From a virus: DNA of 64,000 nt. The notes beneath the pieces were generated by a model that was not told where the DNA came from, ran no database searches, and saw only the letters and a program-made list of their open reading frames with translations. Both the position numbers and the translations under genes were made by a program. Positions 1 to 11,000 of this stretch are shown here, piece by piece. How positions within the stretch are numbered: position 1 is the first letter of the stretch; each line of letters starts with the position of its first letter. The stretch lies in the IMG/VR virus record IMGVR_UViG_3300029305_006219; one strand, written 5' to 3'.

Positions 1-2
1 AA

Positions 3-176
3 GAGTTTGAGAAAGTTCTTTGCCATGAGTTAGTGCATGCGGCAATGTTTGCATATGATATGACTTTGGGTCATGATGAGGAAGAACTTATAGCGGAAAT
101 AATTTCGGTTTTTGGTGAAGAAATTATTGATTTAACTGATATAATGTTTGAACGAATAAGAAGAGGAAGATATTGA
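3..176 (+). CDS. C-terminal fragment of a HEXXH zinc-metallopeptidase-like protein; gene starts upstream of the window
   Basis: Plus-strand frame 3 reads ...EKVLCHELVHAAMFAYD... (HEXXH motif) to TGA at 174-176. This is the only plus-strand gene seen in the window. Confidence 0.4.
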   Translation, partial: EFEKVLCHELVHAAMFAYDMTLGHDEEELIAEIISVFGEEIIDLTDIMFERIRRGRY

Positions 177-196
177 GATATCTTCCTCTTTTTTAC
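159..196. terminator. Bidirectional rho-independent terminator between convergent genes
   Basis: Inverted repeat AGAGGAAGATAT / ATATCTTCCTCT followed by a T-run. It lies between the plus-strand gene and the minus-strand ruvC-like gene. Confidence 0.5.
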
Positions 197-702
197 CACT
201 CTAAAGCAGAGCTATAATCTTTTTCTTTTTTTGGATGTAAATAAGCATGACCAATACAAATTGCGTCTGCAATGTCGTCATTGGTTAAAGATAATCCATA
301 AGCACGGTTTGCAAAGTCTATATCTTTCTATTTTTTCTATTCGCGCTTAGATCCACGTCCATCTTCTATTCCACATACGGAGCGCCAAGAACTAGGATAA
401 ACTAATTCAATTTCTACATTAGGATATTTATCATGAAGCTCGATATGGATTAACGCTTGTAAATACATTAATGCTTTAAATGTATTAGTGTTTTTAGTAT
501 GATCTGGAATAACTTCTTCCATTACAATTTTTTCAATCTTTAACTATTCTACTAATGCTAGTATATTATCAACCATTTTATGGATTCGTTTATATAAATC
601 ATTTGAAGAAGCTGTAATACAAGTCTATCCAATCAACTCTTTGTCTTTAAAAATTGCCACACCTGTTGCTTTAGTTGAGGCATCTAATGCAAGTAAGTAC
701 AT
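193..702 (-). CDS. ruvC: RuvC-like Holliday junction resolvase, read through 4 in-frame TAG codons
   Basis: Joins ORF 337..522 with flanking in-frame segments. N-terminus MYLLALDASTKATGVAIF; C-terminal DDIADAICIGHAYL resembles the RuvC D-A-x-A-x-A-x-x-H motif. TAGs at 337-339, 328-330, 544-546, 625-627. RBS GGAGG upstream of the ATG at 700-702; TAA stop at 193-195. Confidence 0.7.
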
Positions 703-766
703 ATATGCACCTCCATTCTGGTTTTATTATACTATAAAATTTTATAAAAGTCAAAAGGAGCAGAAT

Positions 767-994
767 TTACTTCTGCTCCTTGGCTTTTTGTTCTTGCTCT
801 ATAAGTAATTGATATTGTTGTAAATCTCTTTGATATTCTAATTGGACTTGATTTTGAGTTTCAATATAAATATCTTTTAATAATGCAGCGATTGTAAAAG
901 GCGGTAGATGATAATCATTAACTCCAGCATTTACAAGATTAATAAGATTTTGTTTTAATTGTTCGTAAGCAACAGATTGAGGTAATTGAGCCAT
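767..994 (-). CDS. Hypothetical protein
   Basis: 75-aa ORF with a TAA stop. Confidence 0.35.
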   Translation of the reverse strand: MAQLPQSVAYEQLKQNLINLVNAGVNDYHLPPFTIAALLKDIYIETQNQVQLEYQRDLQQYQLLIEQEQKAKEQK

Positions 995-1479
995 TATTTA
1001 GTTCCTGTACTACCAAATCCGCCTTCTCCGCGCGCGGTAGTTCCAATAGAATTTACCTCATTAAATAGTACTGGTATATATGGAGTAACCACGATTTGTG
1101 CAATACGTTCTCCATGTTCTACTATTTGTACTTCATTTGAAGTATTCTTAAGAGCTACTATTAGTTCTCCTCGATAATCTGAATCAATGATACCTGTTCC
1201 ATTGGCTAATACAAGACCACGCTTTGTAGCCATCCCAGAACGAGGATAAACTGCGCCAAACGTGCCTTGAGGTAGCTCAATAGCAATGCCAGTAGAAATC
1301 TTACGAACTTCGCCTGGAGCAAGGGTGATACGACTTTGCAATTCAAGATCCGCATAAAGATCCCAGCCTGCTGCGTATGTACTGCCCTGCACTGGCTCGT
1401 GCGCAGTGGGTGAAAGTTTTACATAATTTACGTGGCTACGCCACATTCCATTAGTGTCACAAGATGTTACTCCTACCAT
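994..1479 (-). CDS. dut: dUTP diphosphatase (dUTPase)
   Basis: dUTPase motifs (AAGWDLYA, GLVLANGTGIIDSDYRGEL, ARGEGGFGSTG). Internal ATG at 1477-1479 with a GGAG RBS is preferred over the TTG at 1494. Confidence 0.85.
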   Translation of the reverse strand: MVGVTSCDTNGMWRSHVNYVKLSPTAHEPVQGSTYAAGWDLYADLELQSRITLAPGEVRKISTGIAIELPQGTFGAVYPRSGMATKRGLVLANGTGIIDSDYRGELIVALKNTSNEVQIVEHGERIAQIVVTPYIPVLFNEVNSIGTTARGEGGFGSTGTK

Positions 1480-1480
1480 A

Positions 1481-1732
1481 TTAAAATGCTCCAATCTTAT
1501 ATTCTACGCTTGCTTCTCCACAAGGTTCTTTAGGGTCATCGAATACCTTAACCAAAGTTACAATATAATATTCATCAATAATTTCACCCTTTTGTTTGCG
1601 TTCTTTTTTTACCGAAGAGTATTTTGATAAGAGATAGCGCGTATCCGCCTTAGCTGCCTCTATAAGCGCAGCCGCCTCTTTTTCACTATCTGCTCTATGC
1701 TCTTCTGTTGTTTTAAGCAAATATTTAGCCAT
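1481..1732 (-). CDS. Hypothetical protein
   Basis: 83-aa ORF with a TAA stop. Confidence 0.35.
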   Translation of the reverse strand: MAKYLLKTTEEHRADSEKEAAALIEAAKADTRYLLSKYSSVKKERKQKGEIIDEYYIVTLVKVFDDPKEPCGEASVEYKIGAF

Positions 1733-1754
1733 ATCCTTTTATCTCCTTTTATTC

Positions 1755-2036
1755 TTATAGATATTGAAAAGTCAAATCATCTATACTATAAGTTGTTACT
1801 GTTGTTTCTTTTAGTCTTTTTTCAATGCCTTCCATATAATCTTTTGCGCCTGAAAAACTAATATGCTTAATATCATATTTTTTAATAAGCTCGAAAATAA
1901 CTTCATCGAGATCTTCAAATTGAACACCTATTGTGTCAACTATTGCTTTTTCTTTAACGACGCAAATTTTATAAAAAGGGGTTACTGGACTTCCGTGTAT
2001 TAATATTGTATTCATAGACTGCTCCTTAATATTCAA
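1755..2036 (-). CDS. Hypothetical protein
   Basis: 93-aa ORF. Confidence 0.35.
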   Translation of the reverse strand: MNIKEQSMNTILIHGSPVTPFYKICVVKEKAIVDTIGVQFEDLDEVIFELIKKYDIKHISFSGAKDYMEGIEKRLKETTVTTYSIDDLTFQYL

Positions 2037-2451
2037 TTACTGCTTCTCCATATGGGAAAAGATAATAAGCAAAACAACCCTCAGGGTTTCTAATCCAAAG
2101 TTCCCAACTACCATCTGTTTGATCTTCTATTGCTAAAATTTCTCCTCTATTAATCATACACTCAATAACGTCATTAGCTGCATTGTAAACTGTGAGAGGA
2201 GGAGTCATATCGCTATTTGTTTTATTTAAGTTAAATAAAGTAAAGTCGCGCTGTTCATGACATAAAAGCATAAAATACTTTTGTTCAAAATGGTTTAGAA
2301 ACCAAGTTCTTAAATGTTCACGCGAAAGTTCAAGTTGAGCATCGCTAATCTTAGGCTCTTTTTCCATCAACTGCTTATTTATATCATATAGATTTCCAAG
2401 AGAGACTTCTGACGTTTGCTTTGGAATTTTATCTTCATAGTTGGCTTTCAT
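2026..2451 (-). CDS. Hypothetical protein
   Basis: 141-aa ORF. Confidence 0.35.
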   Translation of the reverse strand: MKANYEDKIPKQTSEVSLGNLYDINKQLMEKEPKISDAQLELSREHLRTWFLNHFEQKYFMLLCHEQRDFTLFNLNKTNSDMTPPLTVYNAANDVIECMINRGEILAIEDQTDGSWELWIRNPEGCFAYYLFPYGEAVIEY

Positions 2452-2704
2452 TTTTCTTTCTCCTTAAATTGTTCTATATATAATAATTATAATTTAATTT
2501 TTTATTTTTGTCAAGCTTCTGTTTTTATATATAAACCGCAATTGCAAATAGTCCCCTAAGGTGATTCACGAAAATCTTTACACATACATTTAGTATCTTC
2601 ATTTCGAAATTCTTTTAGCACACAAGGACAATGTCCTTCAGCAGCATTAATAGCTGTGCGGATCTCAGCGGCAAGTTCATCACTAGCATATCTTTTAATG
2701 ATCA

Positions 2705-3187
2705 TTAACTAATCCTTTCTGCGTATTGATTGGGAGAAGCCAATTTTACGCCAAGTATTTCATCATAATGTGACTCAGTATTTGGAATATAGCGCCCAAA
2801 TTTTATTATGATGTTTGAAAATTGTTTTAATTGAATTAATTCATTTTCAATCTCATCTTTATTATAACCTGTATAGATAATAATATCATCATTTATAGAA
2901 TAACATTCTCTAAAAACAAAGATAAGATTTAACAGGTCTTCAAATGTATCAAAAGGTTCTAGACCTTGGAAGCATATCGCGCGCGCGATAGGGTTGTTTC
3001 TATAAGCTTGTACTATTGAAGTGTTAGCAATTTCTTTATCAGGTGCGGCCACCAGTGCGCTATTTTGACACACTGGTTGGCCGCATTCACGATCGCATTT
3101 AAAACCTTTACAAATAGGCGTTTCTATTGTCATACAAGGAACTTTATAATTTACAAAATCTTCAAATATAATTCCTTTTATTTTCAT
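2705..3187 (-). CDS. nrdG: Anaerobic ribonucleotide reductase activating protein (NrdG-like radical-SAM activase)
   Basis: Sits immediately downstream of nrdD with ATGA overlap. IIIYTGYNKDEIENE and GLEP motifs resemble NrdG WVWTGY.LDEL and GGDP. The Cys cluster is non-canonical. Confidence 0.55.
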   Translation of the reverse strand: MKIKGIIFEDFVNYKVPCMTIETPICKGFKCDRECGQPVCQNSALVAAPDKEIANTSIVQAYRNNPIARAICFQGLEPFDTFEDLLNLIFVFRECYSINDDIIIYTGYNKDEIENELIQLKQFSNIIIKFGRYIPNTESHYDEILGVKLASPNQYAERIS

Positions 3188-6100
3188 TTATTAATAGGCT
3201 CCCATTTTCTCATTTTATATTCATTAGTTCTTTCTTTTGACCACGTCTTTATAGGGGTGTAAAAGCCAACGATACGAGTATATTCTGTTTCAACTGGTCG
3301 ACCACATACTGGACAAGTGCGTCCATAGAAGGCATGGTTATTATCACAAGCTTGAATCTTGGTATTAAAAGCAAAATATGTTACTCCTGCATCAGAGATA
3401 TAATTAACCATATCCCAAGCCTTATCAAAACTATCAAATGGGGCATCGATATTGGCGTGTAGGATCGAACCTCCATTGCAATATCCATCAAACTCTGCGG
3501 CGATACGTACGCGCTCGGCAAGGGTTGTTTGTATACCAAGCGGAATAAATTGATTACCATAAAGCGGTAAGTCAAAGATGCTCGCTTCCGGATAAAAGAA
3601 TTTGTCTTTTTTCATTAGCTTTGCGGCAGCCGACTCTCCGGGGATCTATTCAGTATTAACGTGATAATCGGCGCCTACCTCTGCAATAAATTCATCTGCC
3701 GTTTGACGTATAGTCTCAAAGATTCTTTTACCAAGCGACGAAGCATTTTCTGTATAGTAAACATTGCCAAATTCATCTGTACGAGTATAGCCAAAACGCT
3801 TCATTGTTTCATATACTCCGATAAAACCAATAGTATTATAAAGATGTTCAAAGTCGACTAACCCATTAGAAAAATTAGGTAATAGTCCTTTTTCAACATT
3901 ACGACGAATAATATTACGTACACAATGTAGTGCTTGAAGATTCAAAAGTGTCAACTTCTTCAATCCACATAGATATTCAAATTCATTAGCACTATCAAGA
4001 GCGAGGCGCGCGAGGTTGATTGTAGAGACTTTAACTGAACCGACTTTTAGTGCGGTACCTCCGATACTATTAAAATAACCTAGGTCTTTAATATCACTCT
4101 TCAAACGACAACAGTTAGAAAGTGAAGTTACTGAATCATCAATAAATAGGTTACTGTCAGACCAGCGCATATTGTGTTTAACTGCCCAGCGCGCAAAATC
4201 TTCATCTTGGAATTTACCTTCTTGTTTTAGTAGAGAGATTGAAAGTACTGGAAAAGTAAACATATTCTTGTCCCTGATATCAGCAACGGTTTCCATATAC
4301 CATTTTTGGAATTCAATAATTTCTTCTTCATAGTCAATCATAAATTCTCCATTAGGGAACTCACTGCCGCCAAATAAAGCTTCGTAGTAAGGACGATCAA
4401 ATACACTGGTATTAGTAAATGCAGATTGCGACCCATCGCGGACATAAGGTTGATTCACTGCGTATACAAAACGCTGGAAGTTTTGACGTGCATATTTCTC
4501 TCCATTTCCGCTACTCTTGATACCGAGATAGTCTTCTTCCATATCCTTATGCCAAAAGTAATACATATAAGGGATGAGATTAGGAAGTCCTACGGCGCCG
4601 GAGGAACGATTAGAAGCATAGCTAATAAACTCTTTAACAAAATCAACAAAAGTAGTTAAATGCTAAGCAGGCTCAGGATTAAAAGGTGCGCCAATAAAAT
4701 ATAGTCCTTTTTCAGCCAGGTCTTTCAGGTCATAAGCAAAACAATTATGAGATAGAATGTTGTTGCAAATAAAATGACCTGTTTTTGTTGTTAAGTCATA
4801 TACCTCAGGGCATTCATCAATATACTCTGAGTTATCAATAACTGAGACCCATCCATAGTTATATTCATATTGCTTGTTTTTAAAATTACCTTTACGAGTT
4901 AAAGGAATATATTTTTCAGCAATTTTAATACTTCCAATACGAGAAAAATATTCTTCGTTCGTTAAAGTGAAGCCAATCCCAAACATTGGTAACTTTTGTT
5001 CGAAGCTTCCAGCTCGATTATATCTAAATGGAGTGCGATCTCCTGCAAAAACCCCTTTGGAATGTAAATACATACTCAATTGATGGCATAGCGTTTCTGA
5101 GGCAATACGGATATGACAATGTCTATTTTTATATCCATCAATAGTACCATCGCCATCGATCATTCCCGCAATAATTCCATCCATAAATTCAGAAGGATAA
5201 GTCATGAAATATGATGGTAACTGCTTAGTTGCAGAAGTCTGACCTTTTAATAGTGAATTTAACCATTCTTCAAAAGGACTAACCTTTAAATAAATTTTTC
5301 TATCTCCACTTTCTGAATATGGAATATCATATTGGTCACAGATATATTTTAATTTTTCAGCTTGAGGAGAATCTAGTTTTTGAGCAATTACAAATTGACT
5401 ATTCAGACTATTTCCTTCGGAAAGAGCCATACCTAATATCCATCCTGTCTCTCTATTATAAGGAATTTGATATACAATTTCTTGATGACTTTCAGAATAT
5501 TTATTAGGCTGTATTGTAAAGACTCGATACTCACTAGTTACATCCTTTGCAGGAATATCTCCACAATCGGTAATAATAGGGTGATCTTCTGTTACAATTT
5601 GTGATAAACCATTTGCTAACTTGATAAAACGCATAGGTTTATTATTTGTGTGTTTAACTGCGCGAGTAATCTTAGTCCAACATTTTTCTCCAGTTTCTTC
5701 ATTAATATCAAGTATCTCGATATTTTTCGGGAAAAGTGCATTTTGTTCAATAGATACATCATATTTTTCTTCTGCTTCTGTATCCATATACAAAATATTT
5801 TCATACAAATTCTTAAGTGCAAAAGTGTATTCACGATGCACCTTGTCTCTTACTGTTACAAGTTCTTCACCCTTATAGCAGTAATGTTTAAAGGTCGAGG
5901 TATCAGCATCATGCATGTAGAGCTGACCAATCCATTCGGCGCGCAACCACTCATTTGCACGTTTAAAACCAAAATGTTTTTGCATCTCATAATGAATTTT
6001 ATTATAAGCTAATAATTTTCTATGAGGTTTTGGCATTTCGTTTAAGAGAGTTACAATATCTTTTTTACTAACATTACTATTGCCATCAATACTCGCGTCA

Positions 6101-6321
6101 GCTACGACTTTGGTATCGATAAATGAACTAATAAAATCTGTGTAACTTAATTGTTCATCAGCAAATCCATTAAGCTTTGCCATTTCAGTTCCAAATTCAT
6201 CTTGCATTTTGTTATAAGCAGTAACAAAATTTTTCTTTAATTTAACATTAACTTCCATATCTCCAATGATATCCTCCTGTTGTTTGTAAAAATCCTTGAC
6301 AGCATCGAGATATGTTTTCAT
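3184..6321 (-). CDS. nrdD: Anaerobic ribonucleoside-triphosphate reductase NrdD, intein-containing, read through 2 in-frame TAG codons
   Basis: ORFs 4663..6333, 3646..4566 and 3184..3615 are one reading frame separated only by TAG at 4663-4665 and 3646-3648. C-terminus has a CPVCG zinc site and a RIVGFYTP glycyl-radical motif. TGA stop overlaps the nrdG ATG. Confidence 0.85.
4744..5880 (-). mobile_element. Intein (about 379 aa) with LAGLIDADG homing endonuclease domain inside nrdD
   Basis: Starts CYKGEEL and ends ILSHN followed by +1 Cys (CFAYDLKDL, aligning with E. coli NrdD FNC-MLIDLKG). Contains LGMALSEGN and IAGMIDGDGTI dodecapeptide blocks. Confidence 0.7.
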
Positions 6322-6922
6322 GATGTATGCCAAGCTCTTTCTCTGCTTCTGCTAGAGATTTAAAGTTTTGATTTAGCTCCACACAATAAACTGGAGTAAC
6401 TCTTTTATCTTCAGATAGAGGAAGATTATTTGATAAATAATCTTCATAGTATGTCCAATGAAATTTATATGCAGTGTGTAATTTTCCACGACAACACGCA
6501 ATAATATTTGCATTAGCAAAACCCTTTAATCGTTCAATTTCTTTTGCGCTATCAAAAACCTTTTGTGTTTCTAAACATATAATTTTTCTTTTTGTTTTAC
6601 AACTATTACTCATTTTTTGACGAGATTCTCTTGAATATTCATTATTCAATCCGCCACTTTTTATATTATAGCCACTATTCACAGTATCATATTTTGTGAT
6701 AAGTTCTTCTTCTTTTTGATTAGCTTCCTGTAATGTTAAGTTCTCATATAAAATAGTCTATTCAAAATTATCCCATCCATATTTTTCAATAGCATGATAA
6801 AATTTAACACAGCCAGTATAGTTAGAGGGGTGACAGCGACGCGTGATATCTTTAGACTAACCAATATATTTTTTGCCATTTATTTTATTGGTATAACAAT
6901 AAATGCAATATTGATTATCCAT
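6248..6922 (-). CDS. GIY-YIG homing endonuclease (HE1) between nrdH and nrdD, 2 in-frame TAG
   Basis: N-terminus MDNQYCIYCYTNKINGKKYIG[TAG]SKDITRRCHP...YGWDNFE[TAG]TILYENL, then the C-terminus of ORF 6248..6682 with two C-x-x-G...GY.W.Y repeats. TAGs at 6857-6859 and 6758-6760. Confidence 0.8.
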
Positions 6923-7139
6923 TAGCATGCTCCTTTGCCCAATTAGTAAACCACTTAATAGCTTCTGGGCCTGTATAGATAGTACCATCCATACGAAGCG
7001 CGGGAGCAGCTTTTACTCCAAGAGCAATAATTGCATCTTCATCTTCAATATGCTTATAGCTGATACCAGCTTTATCCATTTTCATTTTTAACACTTTGCA
7101 CTGGGGGCATCCAGGCTTTGAATATAAAGTTATATCCAT
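6915..7139 (-). CDS. nrdH: NrdH-like glutaredoxin
   Basis: 74 aa with a CPQC redox motif, adjacent to the nrd genes. Confidence 0.7.
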   Translation of the reverse strand: MDITLYSKPGCPQCKVLKMKMDKAGISYKHIEDEDAIIALGVKAAPALRMDGTIYTGPEAIKWFTNWAKEHANG

Positions 7140-7214
7140 GTCATTTTCTCCTTTTCATTTAATTTTGACATTATAATATAATTTTTATTATAATTAGTTA
7201 AATTATTTTTGACC

Positions 7215-7922
7215 TCATTTTGCTTTTATCAACTTTAAATGTTCACTAAAAACAGCCGGATCTTTACCAAGAGATAACCACATTCTACTAATAGGCAAAG
7301 TAATACCATAGTTCATAAGTAGGTCTGGATTGGTATTATTATCCATATTTGCAAACCTGTAATATTCAAATTCAAGGTCGCTAAAATCTGTTTCATCTGT
7401 AAAATAACGACGACACATTTCTGCACAATTAGGATTATCAGAGCGTTGTAAATAACGCATTAAGCGCATTTTATCAGGTGCGTCCACATAAATTACTATG
7501 GTTTGAATATTAGGCGCCTCAAGAAGAGCAATTACACCTGCAGGGTTAAATACACCTATATTAATTTTATCGGTTACTAATGAGTCATAACCAGTGCCGT
7601 AAAACCAACCATTAAATTCTGTTGCTTCAAAGAGATTCCCATTTAAAACTCTACGAGTAAAATCTTCAATAGAAAGGTAATGGTAATCTATACCATCTTG
7701 TTCATTATCTCGCGGCGGGCGCGTAGTACAGCTAACTATTGAATGAAAAATATCTGGATGTAATTCATAAGTAACTCGCTGAATTAAATCTTTACCTGCG
7801 CCCGCCTTGCCTATAAGCGCCACTACTTGATATTGTTTATCCATAAATTCTTGTTTGACCTCTTTCTTTTTGTATTTCTTGTAAAGATAATAGTAGTTGA
7901 TAAGCTTCACTATAATCTTCAA
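7215..7922 (-). CDS. Guanylate kinase-like nucleoside monophosphate kinase
   Basis: P-loop GKAGAGKD and TTRPPRDNEQDGIDYHYLS resemble the guanylate-kinase signature. The start may instead be the internal ATG near 7844. Confidence 0.55.
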   Translation of the reverse strand: MKIIVKLINYYYLYKKYKKKEVKQEFMDKQYQVVALIGKAGAGKDLIQRVTYELHPDIFHSIVSCTTRPPRDNEQDGIDYHYLSIEDFTRRVLNGNLFEATEFNGWFYGTGYDSLVTDKINIGVFNPAGVIALLEAPNIQTIVIYVDAPDKMRLMRYLQRSDNPNCAEMCRRYFTDETDFSDLEFEYYRFANMDNNTNPDLLMNYGITLPISRMWLSLGKDPAVFSEHLKLIKAK

Positions 7923-8000
7923 ATGATTCTGTGGTAATCTCTATTTTATAGAGATTACCAGCATTTTCATAATCGGGGGTAATTACCCGTTTTATATCAA

Positions 8001-11000
8001 TCATTCTTCCATATCCTTTCTTTCATGAACTAGTTCCATATCGCGTCCGTTATTAAGCAATGATATTTTATAGATTTGGTGCGTCGGGGTATGCTTATAG
8101 GTCTTGGTTACGAACTGGTCACCACGTTTATAGCCAGTTAAAAGTAGCATCGTTCCTCTCTTAAACCAGCCCTTTTCTGTTATCTTCTTAGATCCATCAT
8201 CCTGAAGCTCCGACAATTGTTTCTTGTACTGCGCATAATATTCCTTCGTAAACTTAACAGTGACAACACCGCTTGGAGTTAATAGAGTAATAGATGCTTT
8301 ATTATCATTTTTTGCGATTACAGTTCCGATAATCTTATGCGTTTTCCAAATCGGAATCTGTTGACCATTGCGCTTGAAATAGTAGTCAACCTCGGGCTCT
8401 TCTGGAAGCGCAAAGAAGTTTGAAATACCATACTTATAGGTGTCAACATTTGCTAACTCATGCTCGTGATAATAGAAACATAGAGACTCCATTTCCCAAG
8501 AGGATAAAGATCCTTGAGCATATTTATTCCAAGTATCCATAAAGAGCTGTGTATTGAGTTGGCGCAAAACCTCACTCTGATTCTCCTTCAACCAATCACG
8601 GGCGCCATCCATCTGTTTCTGATAAATACCGTCCCAAGTCTTTTGTTGAATACAAGTTAATCCATTGATAACTTCAAGTTTTTCAATATCAAAGTGACCT
8701 TTATAGAATTTATCACAAGGTTCATCAAATACAAAGTATTTTCCAACTTTTGTATTTGCTTTGAGATATTTATTAAACTCAAAAACTCTGCGCTCAAAGT
8801 CAAGTGACTCTGGAACCAGACCACGCTGAATAAGTCCGTTAAAGTTCTGCAAAGTTAGTTTACTTTTAGGCTCACAAGCTTTTGATAAATAATATGCCAT
8901 AGCTACGAAACGAGGATGGATATTTAACTCTTTACCCCATTCTGCTTCAAGCTTATCAAAGGCGCCCGCCTTGATAAGAGAAATCATCTGTGTTTTATTA
9001 AGAGGACAGCGCTCCATAAAATCGGCGATATTAGCATACGGTCTGCCGCAAATTATCTGCTCAATAACTTCGCTATTGATTCCGCTTAATGCTTTCATAC
9101 CAAAGAGGATTTGATTATTTTCTACGTCAGGCTTAAAGCTGAATTGAGATTTGTTTATATCAACTAAAGATACATTAATACCAGCGGAAATAATATCTCC
9201 TAAAGCACGAGCAAGTTTTGTATAATCAGTCTGTTTATCTTTTGCCTCTTCATCGTCATCTTCATTGTCATAGCCTTCAAGTGAGCCACTATTAACAATT
9301 AGATTTGCGGTATTCCAATAAATTGGATTCCATCTAGTCGCAGCATACGCAGTCTGGAATCCTATAAATGAATAGGCTAGAGCATGGATTATGGAGAAGG
9401 AATAACCCATCTGGGGTCCAATTCCATGTTTCCATACATAGTGACCCATGCATGGAGAGCTAGCCTGATCAAGAACTTGTTGTTGTAAAGCAGGAATCTT
9501 AGACATTTGCTTTTTTCCGACAATTTTTCTGGCGGCGTTGGCATCTGCAAGGCTAAACCCACAAATCTTGGGATCCATCAACATCTGCATCATCTGCTCC
9601 TGAGAAGGTGGAACACCGTGAGACTTTAAGAAGTAAGGTTTTAATACCTCTTGCTCCTCTTTGGTTAAGCCAAATTCATCCATTTCTTTATACCAAAGGT
9701 TAATATTATTCTTAAAACGAACATACTTTTCCATTGGGGTTTCCTGACCTTTTTCATTTGTCATAAGGCGCATTAAACCATTGGCGTCCGCCAGCTCAAG
9801 GATACTTGATGGACGAATCTTTTTAGCCGCTTGGGCGCCCACATCTGAGTCAAACTGGAAAAGACCTAATACTGCAACATCTTGAATAGGTTTCCAATAC
9901 TTTTCTTCTTCAATAGGAAGAACATTCGGATGAAAATATTTATCATATATCTGGCGCAAGGTCATATCTGACTCTAATTCGCCAGTCTCTTGCAGCATAT
10001 TAATAGTCTCTACGAGTTTGTCTTGTACTTCTGTTACAAGGAAGTCATATTTCACCATTCCAAGTGCCTCACAAGTGTGAAGATCAAATTGCGTTATAAC
10101 TTCACCTTTTGGAGTTCTCATGAATGCGCCAAACTCATATGGATCTTCATCAAATAAAATTACTCCAGATGCGTGAGATGAGCGCTTGTTCTTAAGACCT
10201 TCAATCGAAGTCATAATTTCCAAAAGTCCAGGATAATGATTTACTTCTCGAACGAATGACGCTACTGGTTTACGATCTTTATCTGGGTTACCATTAACAA
10301 CATCATTGATACTCCATAAGAAACCACGCTCTTGCGGAACAAGAGAAGTAAGATACTGCGCCATATCAACATCAATACCGTCCGGATATTCTTCACTACG
10401 ATAGCCGCGGCAAGCGGTCAATATTGCGCTCTTTGTAGTTTCCGTACCAAAAGTTGCAATAAGAGTACAACCTAAGTTTGCGCGAGACAGTTCATCAATA
10501 TCTGTATTAAACTTGGCTCCACGTTCTTCTTTAATTTTCTTAAGAATATAGGGTCTTTTACTTGGACAAAGGTCTAAGTCGATATCACCGAGTTCTACTC
10601 TTTCCTTATTGAGGTAGCGCCAGAAGGGAAGATCCCACTCTATAGGATCAAGCTGGGTAACTCCAAGGAGATAATGGTTTAGGCCTGAGCAGCTTGAACC
10701 ACGACCGGCGCCAACCATAGAACCGCATTCCCAAAAGAGATCAATATAATGCTGAAGAGTGACAGGATATGCAAACATATTTGTTTCCAATTTTTCACTA
10801 ATCGTTCTCTTGATATCTGCTTCTTCTTCAAGTCTGTCGAGATATTGAGAAAATTCAACGATTAAATCATAACTGGTAGCTTTCTTTTTATTTGCCAAAC
10901 TTTCAAAACATTGATTTACCCAATATCGTTCCACCTTATTTTCAGAATTAAATAGACTATTCAAAGTAGGGTAATGTGTACCGATAAAATATTCATCGTC

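Noticed and set aside
3184-6333. Initial reading of nrdD as a pseudogene split into three ORFs (4663..6333, 3646..4566, 3184..3615)
   Set aside because: All three pieces are in the same frame, separated by single TAG codons only. The same pattern recurs in at least 14 other genes, and a CUA suppressor tRNA is encoded, so recoding explains it better than decay.
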